A stretch of DNA of 64,000 nucleotides from positions 1,152,001 to 1,216,000 of the forward strand of contig CAVRVY010000003.1 in the NCBI GenBank assembly GCA_963724765.1. Reading direction: 5' to 3'. A program made the position numbers and the translations under genes. Below are positions 61,122 through 64,000 of this stretch, in pieces. Each line of letters starts with the position of its first letter. Within the stretch, counting starts at the first letter, position 1. A model generated the notes under the pieces. The model ran no database searches. It was given only the letters and a program-made list of their open reading frames with translations, and was not told where the DNA came from. The DNA comes from an uncultured delta proteobacterium. Lineage in GTDB: Bacteria; Desulfobacterota; Binatia; Binatales; Binataceae.

Positions 61122-61361
61122 CGGAGCCGGTCCTTCAATTTGAGATTGCTATCGTCCTCGCCTTGGCCGACGGCGCGGCGTACCGACTGAGCGTCCCTTT
61201 TCCACTTTTGGTGACCTCGGCAACAAACCCCTCGCACGAGCGTTCTCAATCATCTTTTGGGTCGGGGGCTTCGGGTCAACGGTCCAAATCTAGACCGCAT
61301 TGAGGACATTGTCTGTCATCGGGATCGAACTCGTGACCGCACCGCTTACACTCAATGCGAT

Positions 61362-61616
61362 TCATGGCTTCGGGGGCGGATCGTCCGTAGCGGCGATGTG
61401 CACGTTGACGTTATCTGGTGCAAAGCGCTGGCAGTCCGGGGCTCCCGCCTCGACGCATTTCCGGTAGTCGGCAAGCAGGGCGGCCTTCTCGCTATCTGCG
61501 TTTCCGTGTTCGTAGAGTGCGTAAGCACCGCTGGCCTTTACCGCCAGACAACCGGATGTTGTGAGTAGCACGCAGGCCAGCAGTAGCCCAACAGACGCTA
61601 CCATTAAACGCTTCAT
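61362..61616 (-). CDS. Small putative lipoprotein
   Basis: MKRLMVASVGLLLACVLLTTSGC signal/lipobox; SD GAGGGG. Confidence 0.65.
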   Translation of the reverse strand: MKRLMVASVGLLLACVLLTTSGCLAVKASGAYALYEHGNADSEKAALLADYRKCVEAGAPDCQRFAPDNVNVHIAATDDPPPKP

Positions 61617-61841
61617 GACATATTCCCCCTCGCGTTGACGCGCAGAACCGCTTTATCTTGACCCGCTCGACGATACTGGGCAAGCCTCCCTCCTTTTCTG
61701 GGGGGTTAGCCCGGAGCCCCGAGCCGGGGAGACCGTCCCATTTCTGGCGTTTTCTGGCATTCCCGATCGGATACCGCAGGAAAAACGAGGATGTGGGAGC
61801 CGCCGAAGGCTGAAAAAGCCGCTATTTTCCTAGCGGTTCCA

Positions 61842-63176
61842 TTAAAAAGACCCGCGCCGCAGGAAGTAGTCCTTCCACGCCGGGTACTTGTGGGCCATCG
61901 CCTGCGGATCGAGCCGGCGCATCGCCTCGATCGCGTTGAGAAACGCGATCGCATTGGCCGACGGTATCCGTCGCGCCGCGACCGGCGCGGTCGCGGCGAA
62001 CACCGGAGGCGGCGGCGGTGGCGGCGAGGGCGCCGCGCCCGGCCGCGGCGCGGCAAGCGTCAATGCCTCCGCTGCGCTGTGAAGCGGCGTGCGCGCCGCG
62101 ACGTCGGCGGAATACTCCGTCCCCGGCGTGTACTTGTCGGCGAGCATCCGCAGAATCGAAGTATGGTCGAGCGGCTGGCTGAAGCATGATCCGGCGTCAA
62201 CGAAAGGCGAAACGATAATCGCCGGCACGCGCACGCCGGTGGTGGTGAACAGCGTGTAGCTCTCGCCGTGGTTTTGAGGAGTTACGAGCGACAGTGGCTC
62301 GACGTGATCGAAAAGGCCGCCGTGCTCGTCATAAGTGATGATCAGCGCCGACTTGCTCCAGAGTTGCGGATTGCCGGTGACGGCGGCGTACACGCGGCGC
62401 ATCAGGTCCTGGCCGCGGGTTATCGGAGTGACCGGATGGTCGTCGTCGGCCTTGTCGGGCTCGGCGCCGTCGGTAAATTGCGGCTCGATGAAAATCACCT
62501 TGGGCAGCGTGTCGGCGGAGCGGCAGTCGGTGTCGAGCGCGACCAGGCCGCGGAAAAGATTGTCCCAAACGTCGGCGACGATACGTCGTTGGATCTTCGG
62601 CATCAGCGCGAAGAACGGAAAGCCTTCCGAATAAACCCGCCAGCTCACGCCGTGCGCGTCGAGCCAGTCGTAGACCACATTCTGGTCGTCGAATAACTGG
62701 CTGGTCGTGTGATCGCGCATCGTATAGCCGCTCGCCGCCATCAGGCGGTTGGGCTGCGTGCTGGCCGGCAGACAGGCGAACCAGTGATCGCAGACGCAGA
62801 ACTGGCGGGCGAGGAAATCCATCATCGGCACCTGCGCTGCGGCATAGTACTGGCCGGCCGGATACGGATCGGCGGGGCTGACCGTGGCGTAGTCGGCGAC
62901 GAACCCGGTCATCATCTTATCGGCCGGGTTGAATCGCATCTGGCTGCGGATGTCTTCGCGCTCGTGCAGCGGATCGACCGGCATGGCCGGGTCGGTGCGC
63001 GGGACCGGCGCGTAGGGCGTCGCGTTGAGCAGGTTCGCGTAGCCCGCCGCCGCAGCGTTCGCGATGCCCATGATTTTCGGATTGGCCGCGTCGAGATAGC
63101 CGAGCATGTGATCGAACGAGCGGTTCTCCATCATCAGGATGAAGATGTGTTCGATCTGATCGAGTGCCGATGCCAT
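61842..63176 (-). CDS. Phospholipase C/phosphoesterase family protein
   Basis: IEHIFILMMENRSFDHMLG, CDHWF, TQPNR, DDHP, TYDEHGGLFDHV, GVRVP, DHTSIL. Confidence 0.92.
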   Translation of the reverse strand: MASALDQIEHIFILMMENRSFDHMLGYLDAANPKIMGIANAAAAGYANLLNATPYAPVPRTDPAMPVDPLHEREDIRSQMRFNPADKMMTGFVADYATVSPADPYPAGQYYAAAQVPMMDFLARQFCVCDHWFACLPASTQPNRLMAASGYTMRDHTTSQLFDDQNVVYDWLDAHGVSWRVYSEGFPFFALMPKIQRRIVADVWDNLFRGLVALDTDCRSADTLPKVIFIEPQFTDGAEPDKADDDHPVTPITRGQDLMRRVYAAVTGNPQLWSKSALIITYDEHGGLFDHVEPLSLVTPQNHGESYTLFTTTGVRVPAIIVSPFVDAGSCFSQPLDHTSILRMLADKYTPGTEYSADVAARTPLHSAAEALTLAAPRPGAAPSPPPPPPPVFAATAPVAARRIPSANAIAFLNAIEAMRRLDPQAMAHKYPAWKDYFLRRGSF

Positions 63177-63270
63177 CGCGGTACTTCTCCCTTTTGCGAT
63201 CGAAGCCGCCTCCAGCATCTCCCCGAGCGGATTGACAGCGGCGGCTGCGGCCAGTTTAGTGGGCGCTGCG

Positions 63271-64000
63271 ATGAAGTCCACCTTGTTCGCGGGCGCACGC
63301 CGTCCCGCGCCGCTGGCGACGCTCCTTTTACTCGGGTGCGCGCTCGCCCTGTCCCTGGGGCTCGTGATCGCGCCGTCCCATCTGGCGCGCGCGGATCCGC
63401 CGCGCCGTCCCGCCCGGATTTTCGTATTGATGGTATGGGACGGGCTGCGCCCCGATTTCGTGACCGCCGAGCGGACGCCCAGTTTATTCGCGATGGAGAA
63501 TGAGGGGGTGCGCTTCGCGCGCCATCATTCGGTCTTTCCGACGATCACGATGGTCAACGCGGCGAGCCTCGCAACCGGCGCGTCTCCCGGCAGCACGACG
63601 ATCCTCGGCGACGAGGTGTCCCTGGTGCCGCGGCTGAGCGCGCACAAACTCACGGTTGCGCCAAACGATTCATGGGCGAATCGGCCGGTCAATCTCGAGA
63701 ACTCGGTCACGCTCGCCGCGCTCAACGGGCCGAAGTTTTTCAACGGCGCACTGCTCGGCTCCGAAGCACTGGGACAGCAGGTCCGCCGCGCGGGCGGCTA
63801 TCTCGCGATTATCGGCAAGAAGGGTCCGACCTTCACCTTCGACGATAGCGTGACCGGCGACCCGGCGATGGGCGCGCCGATCGCCGCGAGCAACTTCATC
63901 TTCGTCAGCGACGATCTCGTCGCGCCGGCCTCGCTCAAGAGTGAACTCGCATCGGCGCCGTCCAGGCCGGCGCGCGAGAACGTCATATATGGGACGCGCG
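63271..64000 (+). CDS. Exported alkaline-phosphatase-superfamily protein (NPP/phosphodiesterase type), runs off the window
   Basis: Signal peptide, then FVLMVWDGLRPD, GVRF..HHSVFPTITMVNAASLATG. Confidence 0.88.
   Translation, partial: MKSTLFAGARRPAPLATLLLLGCALALSLGLVIAPSHLARADPPRRPARIFVLMVWDGLRPDFVTAERTPSLFAMENEGVRFARHHSVFPTITMVNAASLATGASPGSTTILGDEVSLVPRLSAHKLTVAPNDSWANRPVNLENSVTLAALNGPKFFNGALLGSEALGQQVRRAGGYLAIIGKKGPTFTFDDSVTGDPAMGAPIAASNFIFVSDDLVAPASLKSELASAPSRPARENVIYGTR

Noticed and set aside
61320-61345. tRNA-like GAGTTCGATCCC on the minus strand
   Set aside because: The T-stem does not pair and no cloverleaf forms.

Overview
GC-rich bacterial chromosome segment. Gene order and a MKLRHAAALALVGWYLM...CIASDDPRLK secreted-protein family suggest Ca. 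Binatota/Binataceae (inference, not verified). Most of the window is housekeeping: prs-tRNA-Gln-ispE, meaB, tRNA-Met, HU, truA, leu/ilv genes, pssA/psd, rpsB-tsf-pyrH-frr-uppS-cdsA-rseP-tsaB, rho, hemE-hemH-hemY-dinB, tol-pal, ribF and gap-pgk-tpiA-secG-tRNA-Leu. The main accessory feature is a complete 2816-bp IS1595-family element (53350-56165) with 26-bp terminal inverted repeats and an exact 8-bp target duplication (TCGTCAAG). It carries cargo: a promoter-driven minus-strand operon (43-aa Pro/Arg/Trp peptide, RHH-like protein, 2-TM protein), a winged-helix-like gene, a ~190-nt densely structured non-coding region and a 44-aa basic ORF. Other points of note are a Leu-rich leader-peptide attenuator upstream of leuA, two divergent repeat proteins between leuC and leuD, a GMC oxidase/partner/Cys-hydrolase triad split by one in-frame TGA, a ~100-aa insertion in RseP, several phased tandem repeats in intergenic DNA, two frameshifted genes, and a cluster of small orphan ORFs near 60-61.6 kb. 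No CRISPR array or rRNA was seen.
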